Virus record (IMG/VR): IMGVR_UViG_3300031857_013780
Span: 1 to 64,000 of that record
Source of the DNA: an uncultured virus (IMG/VR IMGVR_UViG_3300031857_013780)
Lineage: Duplodnaviria > Heunggongvirae > Uroviricota > Caudoviricetes
Strand: one strand, 5' to 3'
DNA length: 64,000 nt
Shown here: positions 29,168 to 39,196 of the stretch, one piece after another
Position numbering within the stretch: position 1 is the first letter of the stretch
Layout of the letters: each line of letters opens with the position of its first letter
Notes under the pieces: model-generated
What the model was told of the DNA's origin: nothing
Databases searched by the model: none
The model's input: the letters and a program-made list of their open reading frames with translations, nothing else
Translations under genes and position numbers: made by a program

Positions 29168-29884
29168 ATGATATTTAGAAAGTTAAATGAAAAAATAAAT
29201 TTAATAGAAAATAAGTTAGGGGTAAAATCACTAATAAACGAATCTTTAATTAATGAAATTAAAAAAATTTCAATAGAAAAATTACCTTATCAGTTTGACG
29301 ATTTAGAAGACTTCATAGATGGTGAGACAATGAAAACACACTACACAAAACACTACAAGGCGTACGTTGAAAAGTTGAATAAAGAATTAGAAAAAATAAA
29401 AGGTAAAGATTTAGATTTAGAAGAAATTGTTTCGAGTATTTCCAAATTCAATACAAAGGTAAGAAACAATGGTGGTGGTGCGTTTAATCACGCATTATTT
29501 TGGAAAATGTTATCACCTAAAAAAACTAAGTTAGAAAATCCTTTATTATATAAGTTAGAGTCCACATTTGGGTCATTTGAAAAATTTAAAGAAAAGTTTG
29601 AAGAAGAAGCGAAATCCAGATTTGGATCAGGTTGGGTATGGTTAGTACTAACAAAAACAAATAGATTAAAAATTGTCACAACACCAAATCAAGATAATCC
29701 ACTAATGATGACAGGAAAAAATAAGTCATATCCATTGTTAGGTTTAGACTTATGGGAACACGCATATTATTTAAAATATAAAAACGAAAGAGACCGTTAT
29801 ATTCATAATTTTTGGAAAGTAGTGAATTGGGATTTTGTTACTGATTTATACACAACTCAATTAGAAAGAAATAAAGCAGAATAA
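29168..29884 (+). CDS. sodA: Fe/Mn superoxide dismutase (Mn-type signature) with N-terminal extension
   Basis: HYTKH, NNGGGAFNHALFW, FGSGWVWL, NQDNP and DLWEHAYY. Confidence 0.92.
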   Translation: MIFRKLNEKINLIENKLGVKSLINESLINEIKKISIEKLPYQFDDLEDFIDGETMKTHYTKHYKAYVEKLNKELEKIKGKDLDLEEIVSSISKFNTKVRNNGGGAFNHALFWKMLSPKKTKLENPLLYKLESTFGSFEKFKEKFEEEAKSRFGSGWVWLVLTKTNRLKIVTTPNQDNPLMMTGKNKSYPLLGLDLWEHAYYLKYKNERDRYIHNFWKVVNWDFVTDLYTTQLERNKAE

Positions 29885-29911
29885 TAAGATATTTATATAT
29901 AAAATATTCTT

Positions 29912-31030
29912 ATGTCAACATCAATTATTTCAGAACCGCATAGAAGTAAACTTTATAAAAGAATTAGAAATCTTTTAGGTGCACCTTTAAGAGGTGTTGA
30001 GTTAGAAGATGAAATGATGGACTCTCTTTTAGAGTTATCCATTCAAGATTATTCTCAACACGTTAATGATTGGTTAATTGAGACCCAATGGTCGGCATTG
30101 TACGGGTTAAACCTTGATGAACAATCTTTAACTAAAGCATTTACAACTAGAAGTTTAGATTGGGAAACACAATACACTTACGCATACTCAAAAATTGTTG
30201 GTTTACAGGCTGGGGGTGATTACGTACTTCAAAAAGATTATATAGACTTAGTTCCGCATCAACAAATTTATGAGATACCGGCAGGTAGAGAGGTTAATGA
30301 ATTACTTTGGTTTGCTCGTTCTGAATTGGACGCAGCATATTTTGATCCATTTATGGGTGGATTCGGTGGATTCGGCGGTATTGGTTTAGGTGGTGGTGCT
30401 GGATTTTCTCAGATGGGTACAACAGGAAACTATTTTATAACCCCAGCATTTGATATTCTTTTGAGAATGGCGGACATACAATTAAAAAGAAGAATTATTA
30501 CAGGTGATTTAACTTATAGAATAACCGCGTTACCCGAAGGAAAAAAGGCAATACATTTATATAATGTTCCTGGTGGTAAATTTGATTTTGGTAATATGAG
30601 AAGAAACGATTATAGAGTTTGGTATTGGTATTATGATACATTTGATAGGGACGATTGTTTGGCAAAAAATCCTGATGTGGTTAGATTACCTTCCGATATA
30701 CCTATAGATGAAACAAGGTGGGACGAATTAAATTCTCCTGCACAAACATGGGTAAGAAGATGGTTTACAGCATATTGTAAAGAAACACTTGCAAGAGTAA
30801 GAGGTAAGTTTAGTGGAAATTTAAAAACACCTGATAGTGAATTAACTCTTGAATATACAACGTTACAATCAGAAGCCAAAGATGAAAAATCAATTCTTTG
30901 GGAAGAACTCAAAACAAGACTTGAAAGGTTAAGACCTGAAAAACAATGGGAAATAAAGGGTGCTATGGCTGAAAATATGAATAAGGCTCTAAAATATAGA
31001 CCATTTAATTACCCAATAAACGTAATTTAA
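29912..31030 (+). CDS. Neck / head-tail adaptor protein (T4 gp13-like)
   Basis: LGAPLRGVELEDEM N-terminus; WVRRWFTAYCKETLARVRGKF C-terminal segment. Confidence 0.75.
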   Translation: MSTSIISEPHRSKLYKRIRNLLGAPLRGVELEDEMMDSLLELSIQDYSQHVNDWLIETQWSALYGLNLDEQSLTKAFTTRSLDWETQYTYAYSKIVGLQAGGDYVLQKDYIDLVPHQQIYEIPAGREVNELLWFARSELDAAYFDPFMGGFGGFGGIGLGGGAGFSQMGTTGNYFITPAFDILLRMADIQLKRRIITGDLTYRITALPEGKKAIHLYNVPGGKFDFGNMRRNDYRVWYWYYDTFDRDDCLAKNPDVVRLPSDIPIDETRWDELNSPAQTWVRRWFTAYCKETLARVRGKFSGNLKTPDSELTLEYTTLQSEAKDEKSILWEELKTRLERLRPEKQWEIKGAMAENMNKALKYRPFNYPINVI

Positions 31031-31034
31031 TATT

Positions 31035-31367
31035 ATGGCTATTTTTAGATCAATCCCATCAAAAAGGATTATAAATGGTGTTATTATAGAAACATCCGAC
31101 TCGTCTATTGTTTCTGAAAAAGAATATACAACAAGTGGTGAATATGTGATAATAACAAAAGGTGTTGAATATTGTGTAATCAATTTAAATCATAAAACAT
31201 CCGATCATATTGTAATAAAACCCTTAACTCAAACATTAGTTAGGTCTGAAAAATTAATAGATGAAGAATTTAACGAAGTTGAATTAGATAAAGGGTCTTG
31301 TGTTGAATTTAAATTTGTTGGTGATTCTTGGTACATACTTTCTTCAGACGGACTAAAAAATTCTTAG
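31035..31367 (+). CDS. Hypothetical beta-rich protein (110 aa)
   Basis: ORF directly after the neck gene; ends ..WYILSS. Confidence 0.65.
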   Translation: MAIFRSIPSKRIINGVIIETSDSSIVSEKEYTTSGEYVIITKGVEYCVINLNHKTSDHIVIKPLTQTLVRSEKLIDEEFNEVELDKGSCVEFKFVGDSWYILSSDGLKNS

Positions 31368-34264
31368 TCAAAAATTAAAGACATTAAATCACCATCCTCA
31401 TCAAATTCATATATCTCTTCATCATCAACCTTACTTTTAGATACTCTAGTTTTCATTAGTTCCATATTACTATTAACATAATCAGTATTAACTAAATTAA
31501 TTGTATCATCAATATACATGTAATAAGGGTTAATACCTACAGATTGCCAAAATTCTAACTCCATATCAGATAACGTTAATACCTCATCTAAATTATCCTG
31601 ATCTTTTTCTTTCATCGGGTAACCTCTACCTAACTCTGTTTGTGATTTAGTAAATATTGGTTGGTCTTTTGGATCCTCAATTAAAATGTCTTTTCTAATA
31701 TCAGGACTATAAACAACAAGTAATGGTTCAATTCTTTTATTAAAAGCTGCCAAATATCTTGGAACATTATACTCACCTAATAAGTCCGGGTTATTTTCAA
31801 TTTCTTTTTCATCAATCAAATAACAATTTAAAATAACCTCACTTTTTGATAACATTTCAGGTGGTATTGCTCCATGAATTTTTGTATAATCTTCGATTTG
31901 TTTTTTAGTCATTTTTGTCGTTTTTTTCTGAACATCACCATGTGATTTCTTTTCACCATTATTAACATAATAAATGGTGTCACCTAAACCCGGGTTTTTT
32001 CCTGCGTTCATTAAAAGTTCCATATGCGCTTGTCGGGACATTAAACTTCCCGCCTTTGTTGTTTTTGTTATGTGAACTTTATAATCATCTATTGATTGTT
32101 TAACACGAGACTTGTTTGCAATCTTTGCCAATGGAATTTCTCTATTATAGATTTTACTTACATACTCATAATAGAAATCTAAAAACTCACCACCCTTACC
32201 ATCAAGTAACATTCTAAGACCTTTATCCAAAAATTCAGCAACGTATGTTTGAAGTTTTTTAGATTTAATTGAATTACCTGTAAGTTTAACTTTACCTTTA
32301 TCTGTAAGAAGTGCGTAGTTTTTACGAGCCACGTTAATTGTTGCTGGCCATACACCATCAATATCAAGACCCATTTCGTTTCTCATAAATAAGTCATTGT
32401 ATTCTGCAACGTCAGCTTCTGCACCTGTATAAACCTCACCCTCATTTACTAACCCATTAAGACCCTTACCCACATATGTATAATTTTCTCTATCAACAGG
32501 AGTTTCAAAGTTTACACCATCGGTATCCATTACCAAAGGAACATAACCTCGTTTCATAAAATACATAATCATCTGTCTAAGGTACTGTCTACCGGTACAC
32601 GTAATCTGTTCTCCCATGTCAATGTCACCCCACGGGAATACGTGTGGTGCAGATAATGATCCAAAGAATGCGTTGATAAAGATTTTGATTGGTAACTGTT
32701 TTCTGTCGTATGAGACAGAAAGTTTCGGATCCGTTTTTTTAAATTCACTTGCCAAGTTTTTATATTTTATACGAGTATCTCTAAAGTACTTTAACATACT
32801 CTTCATCGCGCCTGTCACATCACAAGCGGGGAATACGTCATGTACTAATTGAATAGAGGGGTATAGTGATGAGTAGTCAAGTTTTAATACCTTTCTTGAA
32901 TAACCAACCTGAACTAACCTAGAAAGTCCACCCGTAAACTTTCTTTTTTCTTTTTTCTTAGGTAAAGCCAAATTGTTTTTGTATGACCATGCACACATAA
33001 TCATTTTCCATAATGTTGCGGTACCCATTGTTGATAATCTTTCATAAGTTGTTGGTACAAGTTTAGAAAGTAAAAAGTTTGCTTGGTTGAACTGTTCGTC
33101 AACAACCATAGTTTCATAAAGGTCATCGTCAAGATAGTCTTCAATAATTTTTGAACCTGAAGTTAACTTATAGACATCAGTTCTTCTTGAACAAACCTCA
33201 TCTATTTTTTCATTAATACCTACTTTTTTATAGTTACCGTTTTCTTTATTCATCCAATAGTCTTCGTTATCGAAGTATATTTTACCAATCTTATCCCCTT
33301 CAACATAAACACGATTTTCTTTTTCAGCCTCAATAAATTTGGTAATGTATTTCAATGACCAACTTTTAATATCTGAGTTGATTGCTTGTGCTCTACGAAC
33401 AGCATGTGCAATATCTATAATGTTGTAACCCCACATTTGTGTTTGAACATAAGGTTCCATTTCATTGGCTAACTTTAAAATCCCATCCTTTTGTTTTAAT
33501 GAATAATCAGGATTTAATGTTTTTGCAATTTTTTTAATATTAAGTTTTAGTATTTCTGCACGTTTTAAAATAAAAGGAAAGTCAAAGAATGCTGAGTTGT
33601 ATCCACCAACAAGAGACGGCTTTAATTCGTCAATAGTTTTAAAAAATTCAATAATCATTTGACGTTCTTCTTCTTCATTTTGTGCTGATAATAATTTTAT
33701 AAAACCACGATTGTCTTTCATCCCAATCAAGAATATTTTACTTGTTTTTGGATCTAAACCTGTGGTCTCAATATCGAATACAAACCTGTGAATTTCATCA
33801 TATTCATCAAACCCTTTGAAAAGTCTTTTACTTTTTTGAATAAGGTATTGTTCTACTGGTGATAGTATTGTTATTACGTCTGAATTATCTCTACCCCAAG
33901 GATCGAGTCCTCCACCTTTAAAAAAGTTTACAAGGTTTGAATATGATTTTGTTGTTTTAACCAAGAACGTCAACCCATTCTTTAATCTTTCATCTCCGTG
34001 ATCTTCTAATTTTTCTATTATAATGCCGTTTTCAGACATCGCTTTCTTTTGAAAGTCTTTATTACCTTTGTAAAAGTTTTTACTTCTAAGGTCACCAACC
34101 CAAGCAAATGGAATAAATGTATCCATTCTTAAAAGTTTACCTTTAATTGGGTCTTGAATTACTTTAAATATTTTATCTGATTTGTAATCGTATTCGAGTG
34201 CTACGATATATTTCTCATCGTCTTCGCCATGTAAAAAGCGTTCGATTTCTTCTTGTGGAACCAT
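31364..34264 (-). CDS. Family B DNA polymerase
   Basis: ExoI FDIETTG, ExoII GYNSAFFDFPFI, region II DYSSLYPS, region III KIFINAFFG, region I MDTDG. No intein is evident. Confidence 0.95.
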   Translation of the reverse strand: MVPQEEIERFLHGEDDEKYIVALEYDYKSDKIFKVIQDPIKGKLLRMDTFIPFAWVGDLRSKNFYKGNKDFQKKAMSENGIIIEKLEDHGDERLKNGLTFLVKTTKSYSNLVNFFKGGGLDPWGRDNSDVITILSPVEQYLIQKSKRLFKGFDEYDEIHRFVFDIETTGLDPKTSKIFLIGMKDNRGFIKLLSAQNEEEERQMIIEFFKTIDELKPSLVGGYNSAFFDFPFILKRAEILKLNIKKIAKTLNPDYSLKQKDGILKLANEMEPYVQTQMWGYNIIDIAHAVRRAQAINSDIKSWSLKYITKFIEAEKENRVYVEGDKIGKIYFDNEDYWMNKENGNYKKVGINEKIDEVCSRRTDVYKLTSGSKIIEDYLDDDLYETMVVDEQFNQANFLLSKLVPTTYERLSTMGTATLWKMIMCAWSYKNNLALPKKKEKRKFTGGLSRLVQVGYSRKVLKLDYSSLYPSIQLVHDVFPACDVTGAMKSMLKYFRDTRIKYKNLASEFKKTDPKLSVSYDRKQLPIKIFINAFFGSLSAPHVFPWGDIDMGEQITCTGRQYLRQMIMYFMKRGYVPLVMDTDGVNFETPVDRENYTYVGKGLNGLVNEGEVYTGAEADVAEYNDLFMRNEMGLDIDGVWPATINVARKNYALLTDKGKVKLTGNSIKSKKLQTYVAEFLDKGLRMLLDGKGGEFLDFYYEYVSKIYNREIPLAKIANKSRVKQSIDDYKVHITKTTKAGSLMSRQAHMELLMNAGKNPGLGDTIYYVNNGEKKSHGDVQKKTTKMTKKQIEDYTKIHGAIPPEMLSKSEVILNCYLIDEKEIENNPDLLGEYNVPRYLAAFNKRIEPLLVVYSPDIRKDILIEDPKDQPIFTKSQTELGRGYPMKEKDQDNLDEVLTLSDMELEFWQSVGINPYYMYIDDTINLVNTDYVNSNMELMKTRVSKSKVDDEEIYEFDEDGDLMSLIFD

Positions 34265-34328
34265 AATTTTATATTTTTGAGTTTGGTGTATTATCTGTTA
34301 CACATGGGCAACATTTACCTTCGTCTTA

Positions 34329-34357
34329 AATATAAGAGTAAAACCTACTCTTGTCAA
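34329..34357 (-). promoter_or_regulatory. Host-sigma-type promoter upstream of DNA polymerase
   Basis: Minus strand TTGACA (34357-34352), 17 nt, TATATT (34334-34329). Confidence 0.6.
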
Positions 34358-34707
34358 ATAATATTGATATAAAGATTTTCTCTAATTGGTCCTATTAGTT
34401 CTCCGTTTGATAACTCAATTAAAAATTCTCCGATGAATCTACCTTTTTTTGCGGTGTCTTTTCCTCTCCACTTGTAGTAAATATAATATTCTCTTGGTGA
34501 GTCGGGATTTCTTCTTTCTTTTTCTGTAATGTATGCGGGTCTCATAAATATTTTTTGAATTCCATCGTTTTCACTTTTCATAGAAAATCTAATGGTTGCG
34601 TTGTCTAAAACAGAATAAAAATCTTTCCAAGAGTCAGTTCTTCCATCTCTTACAACATCCATTTTTAAAATGGGTAAATTACTATTTTGTTTTATAAAGA
34701 ATTCCAT
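34354..34707 (-). CDS. BppU N-terminal-like structural protein
   Basis: FFIKQNSNLPILKM..YKW..DT..GRFIGEF pattern; downstream of fibre-like genes. Confidence 0.5.
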   Translation of the reverse strand: MEFFIKQNSNLPILKMDVVRDGRTDSWKDFYSVLDNATIRFSMKSENDGIQKIFMRPAYITEKERRNPDSPREYYIYYKWRGKDTAKKGRFIGEFLIELSNGELIGPIRENLYINII

Positions 34708-34730
34708 TTAATATGAATAATTATTTTTTA

Positions 34731-36449
34731 TTATCCTACCCACCTTGCTTGGAACCAAGACCTTGAGTCGTATTGTGCTCTTGATAATGATGCTCCACCA
34801 ACATTTATAATGCTTATATAATCAGTTGAACCGTTTAGATATACAATTTTTGTTATCTGTTGAGCCACCGCATCAAAAGAACCTGCTGCCGCAACGATGT
34901 CGGCATTTTTCTTAATTGCCAAACTTGCTTCAGTATTTCTATAAACATCATAAGATGCGGTAATTTCCCAATAACCCGACCTTTGTGGTGTAAATCTATA
35001 AGTTGAAGTATTAAACCAACCACTTGGTACGTTAACGGTATTATTTACAATACTATATCTACAAGGATCTTCAGTAAAAGAACCCGGTAAAGTATAAGTT
35101 TCATTAGCATATGATTCAAGTAAATAAAGAGTAGGAGAAATCCCACTAATACCCGTTAAATTAGACCCATCACCATATAATGTCCCACCACTTATTGTTG
35201 TTGCAGATATTGTTGAAGATTGGATATTTGTTTGACCTGTTAATATTCCATTTTCCCAATCAAAAGAAACCGTTGATCCGTCAGATTTTGTTAATGTTCT
35301 AATATCCCAATCTAAGGATTCGTTAGATGAGACATCATAAAGTCTTCTTCTACCATACTGCCAATCTATTGACAATACGCCTAAATCATCGTAAGTTTGT
35401 CTACTAAACCAATCAACTGATGGTATTGAAGTAGAATCATATAATATTGCTCCATCATAATTAATGGTAGCATTTCCAGCACCATTATATAAAAGTCTTG
35501 TTCTCCAATCTACACTGACAAGTCCCGATGAGTCCACCAATTCTCTAGTTGATGTATCAATAGCGGTTGAGGTACCCGTTGAATCGGTTATAATCGTATC
35601 TCCCGTAATAGTTAATCCTGAAGTAAAAGACGTTTGTCCTGTTACGGTACCTCCACTTAATGGTAAATAATTTCCTGTAACGTTATCAGGTAAATTAAAA
35701 TATGTTGTTGCAGATATTGTATTTGCGGTTAAACCATTTGTAAAATTAGTTGCCCCTGTTACAGTCCCTCCAGTAAATGTTTGTATGTCGGATAATAAAG
35801 CAACCGTACCACTATTATCAGGAAACAATATAACTCTATTTGATGTTAATGTATTTGTATTAATGTTATTATTATATCCAGCATATTTAAAAATAATATT
35901 ATCACTTTCACTCATTATGATATTATTACCATTACTAATATTTCCATTTACTAATACTTGTTGTAAGGTATTCCCTGTTGTAAATCCGGTCACATTAAAT
36001 GTTCCACCTGTATTATTTGTAAAAATTGCAGTTCCATTTGAATATGTTCCACCGGTTACAAAAGTGTCTTGTGTTGAAATTCCTGTTAAATTAGATCCAT
36101 CACCATATAAAGTACCACCACTTATTGTTGTTGCAGATAAAACACCATTTACAGTTAATCCGCTAACTGAATCAACATAAACATTAAATGATGTGTTTGC
36201 ATTATCAGTTAATGTGATTGTGTTTGTTAAGTCGTTATATGTTGCCGCAGTTATAAAAGTATTTGTATCACTTGCAATATTAACAGATTTTGTTCCTCCT
36301 GTTGGGTTTGTTATTGTTAAGGTATTTGCAGAATAAGTAAAACCTGAAACTCCTAACCCTTGCAAATAATAAAGGTTATTGTCCATATCTGCAAAGGTAA
36401 GTTTACTACCCTTAGCGTCTGGTCCTATTTGTCTTGTAATTAATCCCAT
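34731..36449 (-). CDS. Tail fibre / virion appendage protein with repeats and a C1q-like C-terminus
   Basis: KGSKLTFADMDNN N-terminus, Thr/Gly-rich body, duplicated SATTISGGTLYGDGSNLTGIS, and C-terminal YRFTPQRSGYWEI..VYLNGSTDYI. Confidence 0.65.
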   Translation of the reverse strand: MGLITRQIGPDAKGSKLTFADMDNNLYYLQGLGVSGFTYSANTLTITNPTGGTKSVNIASDTNTFITAATYNDLTNTITLTDNANTSFNVYVDSVSGLTVNGVLSATTISGGTLYGDGSNLTGISTQDTFVTGGTYSNGTAIFTNNTGGTFNVTGFTTGNTLQQVLVNGNISNGNNIIMSESDNIIFKYAGYNNNINTNTLTSNRVILFPDNSGTVALLSDIQTFTGGTVTGATNFTNGLTANTISATTYFNLPDNVTGNYLPLSGGTVTGQTSFTSGLTITGDTIITDSTGTSTAIDTSTRELVDSSGLVSVDWRTRLLYNGAGNATINYDGAILYDSTSIPSVDWFSRQTYDDLGVLSIDWQYGRRRLYDVSSNESLDWDIRTLTKSDGSTVSFDWENGILTGQTNIQSSTISATTISGGTLYGDGSNLTGISGISPTLYLLESYANETYTLPGSFTEDPCRYSIVNNTVNVPSGWFNTSTYRFTPQRSGYWEITASYDVYRNTEASLAIKKNADIVAAAGSFDAVAQQITKIVYLNGSTDYISIINVGGASLSRAQYDSRSWFQARWVG

Positions 36450-36472
36450 TTTTTATTTAATAAATATAAAGT

Positions 36473-38401
36473 TTATTCAAAATAAAACTCATCAACATAA
36501 CCTTCAGGTAAATATCCATTTGTCACAAGACAATCAGGACACCAAAAGTCAAATAAATTAAATTTATTTTTTAATACTCTAAAATTATGTTGTACTTGCG
36601 GAGAACCTAATGGTTCAACATACATTCTAAATTGTGAAATTCCACCCATAAATGTTCCACCAAAATTTTGTTCTAATAAAATATTTGTTGAAAGTCCTGA
36701 AAGTGTTGTTGCAGATAAAATATTATTTGGAAATAATTCAGGATCTTGTGTGTAAGGCCCGTTTGGTAAAGAACAACCTGAAAAAATCAAATGGTCATGT
36801 AGACCTTGAGTTCCTCCACCAAATGAAATATTAAATGGAACCCCAACTTGTTTTTCTTTTTCGGTGTTTAACTCTCTTGGTATTATTTCTTCAAAGTCTT
36901 CTATAACTAAAAACAAATAACCATTTACGTAAAGTTTTAATGTTCCTAATCTGTAGTTTAAATCATCAAACCATTTTCTATCAAATTTTACAATATGAAT
37001 TTTTCTTTCAGGTGTTGACCCCGGATGTGTTTCGGGAGGAGATATTAATTTATATGACTGACCATCTATTGATGATTGTGTGGTTACAGTTCTTAAATCA
37101 TTTAACCCCCCTAAATTTTCTAAATCACACTCTTCTATTGTTGTGTATCTTTCAAAAACCGCACTTATCATTACCCATCTTTCTTCATCCGTGTCACCAC
37201 ATTGTAAACCACAAATATCATAGATTGGATCTGACAATACTTCTGTTATTGTATACCCTGTCTGAAATGTCACCCCCGTTGTTTCACAAGTACCTGTTGT
37301 TACACAGTCACCCGTTATTTTTATATATTTAATTCCAATTCTAGGATTTAATGCACATCCATCAAATCTTAAAGAAATGGCGTTTGATAATACGTCAAAT
37401 TTTGGATCAGTTTCAGGTAAAGGGACATTTTCTGTACTTGCACAACCACAATTACAACCAGTATTGTGAACGGTAGTAAACCCGCTACTTGGATAGACTT
37501 TTATACAATCAGAGTTAGTTATACCTGTGTCTGAACATCCGCAAGTTTCAATACATGTTAATTCATTTGTATTTCTCGTATATCCACTATCACTTGCCGG
37601 TGATCCACTAACTGTATGATAAAACTTGTTTTCAGCTCTCGTACCAAAATAAAAAAACGTTCCGGAATTAGATGGGTATTTGTCATTTAGATATTCTTGA
37701 GTTGTACTATTAATAAAATATTCATCTGTAATTCTTGGTTTTAAAACCATTTCTGCAGTCCATCCTTTATTTACCCTTTCAGGAAAAACTTCGTAGTCAT
37801 ATCCGTTCAGTTTATAAAATCCTTGATAAAATCCGCCATAAAGTTCTTGATAATATCCTACTGTGTCGGCACTTTTTGATACGATATTGTAAATAGTTTC
37901 TTTAGGTCTACCTGAAAATCTAACGTTTGGTGAATTTACTAAACTTCTTACAGGGTGCATTTTGAATCTACTATCTCTATAATGTGGATCAAATTTGTAA
38001 TTATCATCAATACCTTTAATATAATATAATGTTTGTCCCGTTAACCCCGTAAATAATCCATTATCTGTACCAACTAAACCTACGTCACAAATTCCTGTGT
38101 ATGCCGTATAACAACTAAAATCTAAATTTTTTGGGTTATAATAGTTAGAAGAAACTAAAGTATTAGATGGTATGTAATTTCCAAATGTGATATTTGATTG
38201 TAAAGTATTACCTGAATTATCTAATTGTATTGATATTGGAAGTCTGTTTCCGTCATTTAAACCAATCACATCTGTTGAAAATACAACTTCCTCATCATAA
38301 CTTGTTTCATCTGACGCTAAAGTTAAGTCAAAATACTGACCATAATTTAATTTTGTCGTGTATTTTGGGTAATAATAAGAATTAATATTTTGACTTGGCA
38401 T
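36473..38401 (-). CDS. Virion structural protein with LamG/concanavalin-like elements
   Basis: GWTAEMVLK, GTLKLYVNG and GGISQFRMY..L segments, with Cys-rich inserts. Confidence 0.5.
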   Translation of the reverse strand: MPSQNINSYYYPKYTTKLNYGQYFDLTLASDETSYDEEVVFSTDVIGLNDGNRLPISIQLDNSGNTLQSNITFGNYIPSNTLVSSNYYNPKNLDFSCYTAYTGICDVGLVGTDNGLFTGLTGQTLYYIKGIDDNYKFDPHYRDSRFKMHPVRSLVNSPNVRFSGRPKETIYNIVSKSADTVGYYQELYGGFYQGFYKLNGYDYEVFPERVNKGWTAEMVLKPRITDEYFINSTTQEYLNDKYPSNSGTFFYFGTRAENKFYHTVSGSPASDSGYTRNTNELTCIETCGCSDTGITNSDCIKVYPSSGFTTVHNTGCNCGCASTENVPLPETDPKFDVLSNAISLRFDGCALNPRIGIKYIKITGDCVTTGTCETTGVTFQTGYTITEVLSDPIYDICGLQCGDTDEERWVMISAVFERYTTIEECDLENLGGLNDLRTVTTQSSIDGQSYKLISPPETHPGSTPERKIHIVKFDRKWFDDLNYRLGTLKLYVNGYLFLVIEDFEEIIPRELNTEKEKQVGVPFNISFGGGTQGLHDHLIFSGCSLPNGPYTQDPELFPNNILSATTLSGLSTNILLEQNFGGTFMGGISQFRMYVEPLGSPQVQHNFRVLKNKFNLFDFWCPDCLVTNGYLPEGYVDEFYFE

Positions 38402-38452
38402 TCTTTTTTATGATAAATAGTTTAATCGCGGTATTTATAGGTAAAAGCTTAG

Positions 38453-39196
38453 ATGAAAACATATAAATATTCAACAAAGGAAAGAGCTGAAAGGGTTGCA
38501 AAATCTTTAGGGTGTACCGGATCCCATTATCATAATGAAGATGGTGATAGAAAATACATGCCTTGTAAAGATATGAAAACCTTTAACCAAAAAACAAAAA
38601 AAGAAGTGGAAGGAAAAGAAACTGAAGTTACTGAATTAGTTGGTGATGACGGTACGTGGTTAACATCCGACATTCCAATATTAGACCCACAGTCATCAAT
38701 TGATGGTTCCGTATTTACCGATAAGATAGTTCCTATGAGTAGAAACCCAAGAGACCCATTACTTAGAGGTTGGTATGGTTACTATGGTGAGGGTAAACTT
38801 GCAGAAGAAGATATGGAAGGAGCGTTTGGTTTTGAAGATACTATGTTTATGGATTTTAAAGATACGGTTAAACATTATGAAAAAAAATTAGGTTTAGACA
38901 AAGAAGATGCGGTTGATAGGGCGGTACAACAAGGAAAAAAACCTAATCTACACAAAAGGGTACCAAAAAATATAAAAAAGAAAAAAAATTTTATAGACAG
39001 GTTGATATTGAAAGAGCTTGATGATGAAATAACGGAAGACACTTTATTTAAAAAAAATTCATCAAATAATGAAATATCAACTAAGGATAAAAAAACTAAT
39101 CCAATTTTATTAAGAAACATAAATGCATTAAAAAATATGGCAGACAAATTAGGTGTTTCAAAAATGGAACTTATAAGATTGTTAAAAGATGAATAA
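38453..39196 (+). CDS. Hypothetical protein with N-terminal Cys/His motif
   Basis: AERVAKSLGCTGSHYH..YMPC. Confidence 0.7.
   Translation: MKTYKYSTKERAERVAKSLGCTGSHYHNEDGDRKYMPCKDMKTFNQKTKKEVEGKETEVTELVGDDGTWLTSDIPILDPQSSIDGSVFTDKIVPMSRNPRDPLLRGWYGYYGEGKLAEEDMEGAFGFEDTMFMDFKDTVKHYEKKLGLDKEDAVDRAVQQGKKPNLHKRVPKNIKKKKNFIDRLILKELDDEITEDTLFKKNSSNNEISTKDKKTNPILLRNINALKNMADKLGVSKMELIRLLKDE

Noticed and set aside
31364..34264. Intein or intron in the DNA polymerase (also considered for RecA and SNF2)
   Set aside because: The catalytic motifs are in normal order in one ORF, with no intein-like splice junctions or LAGLIDADG/HNH insertion seen.
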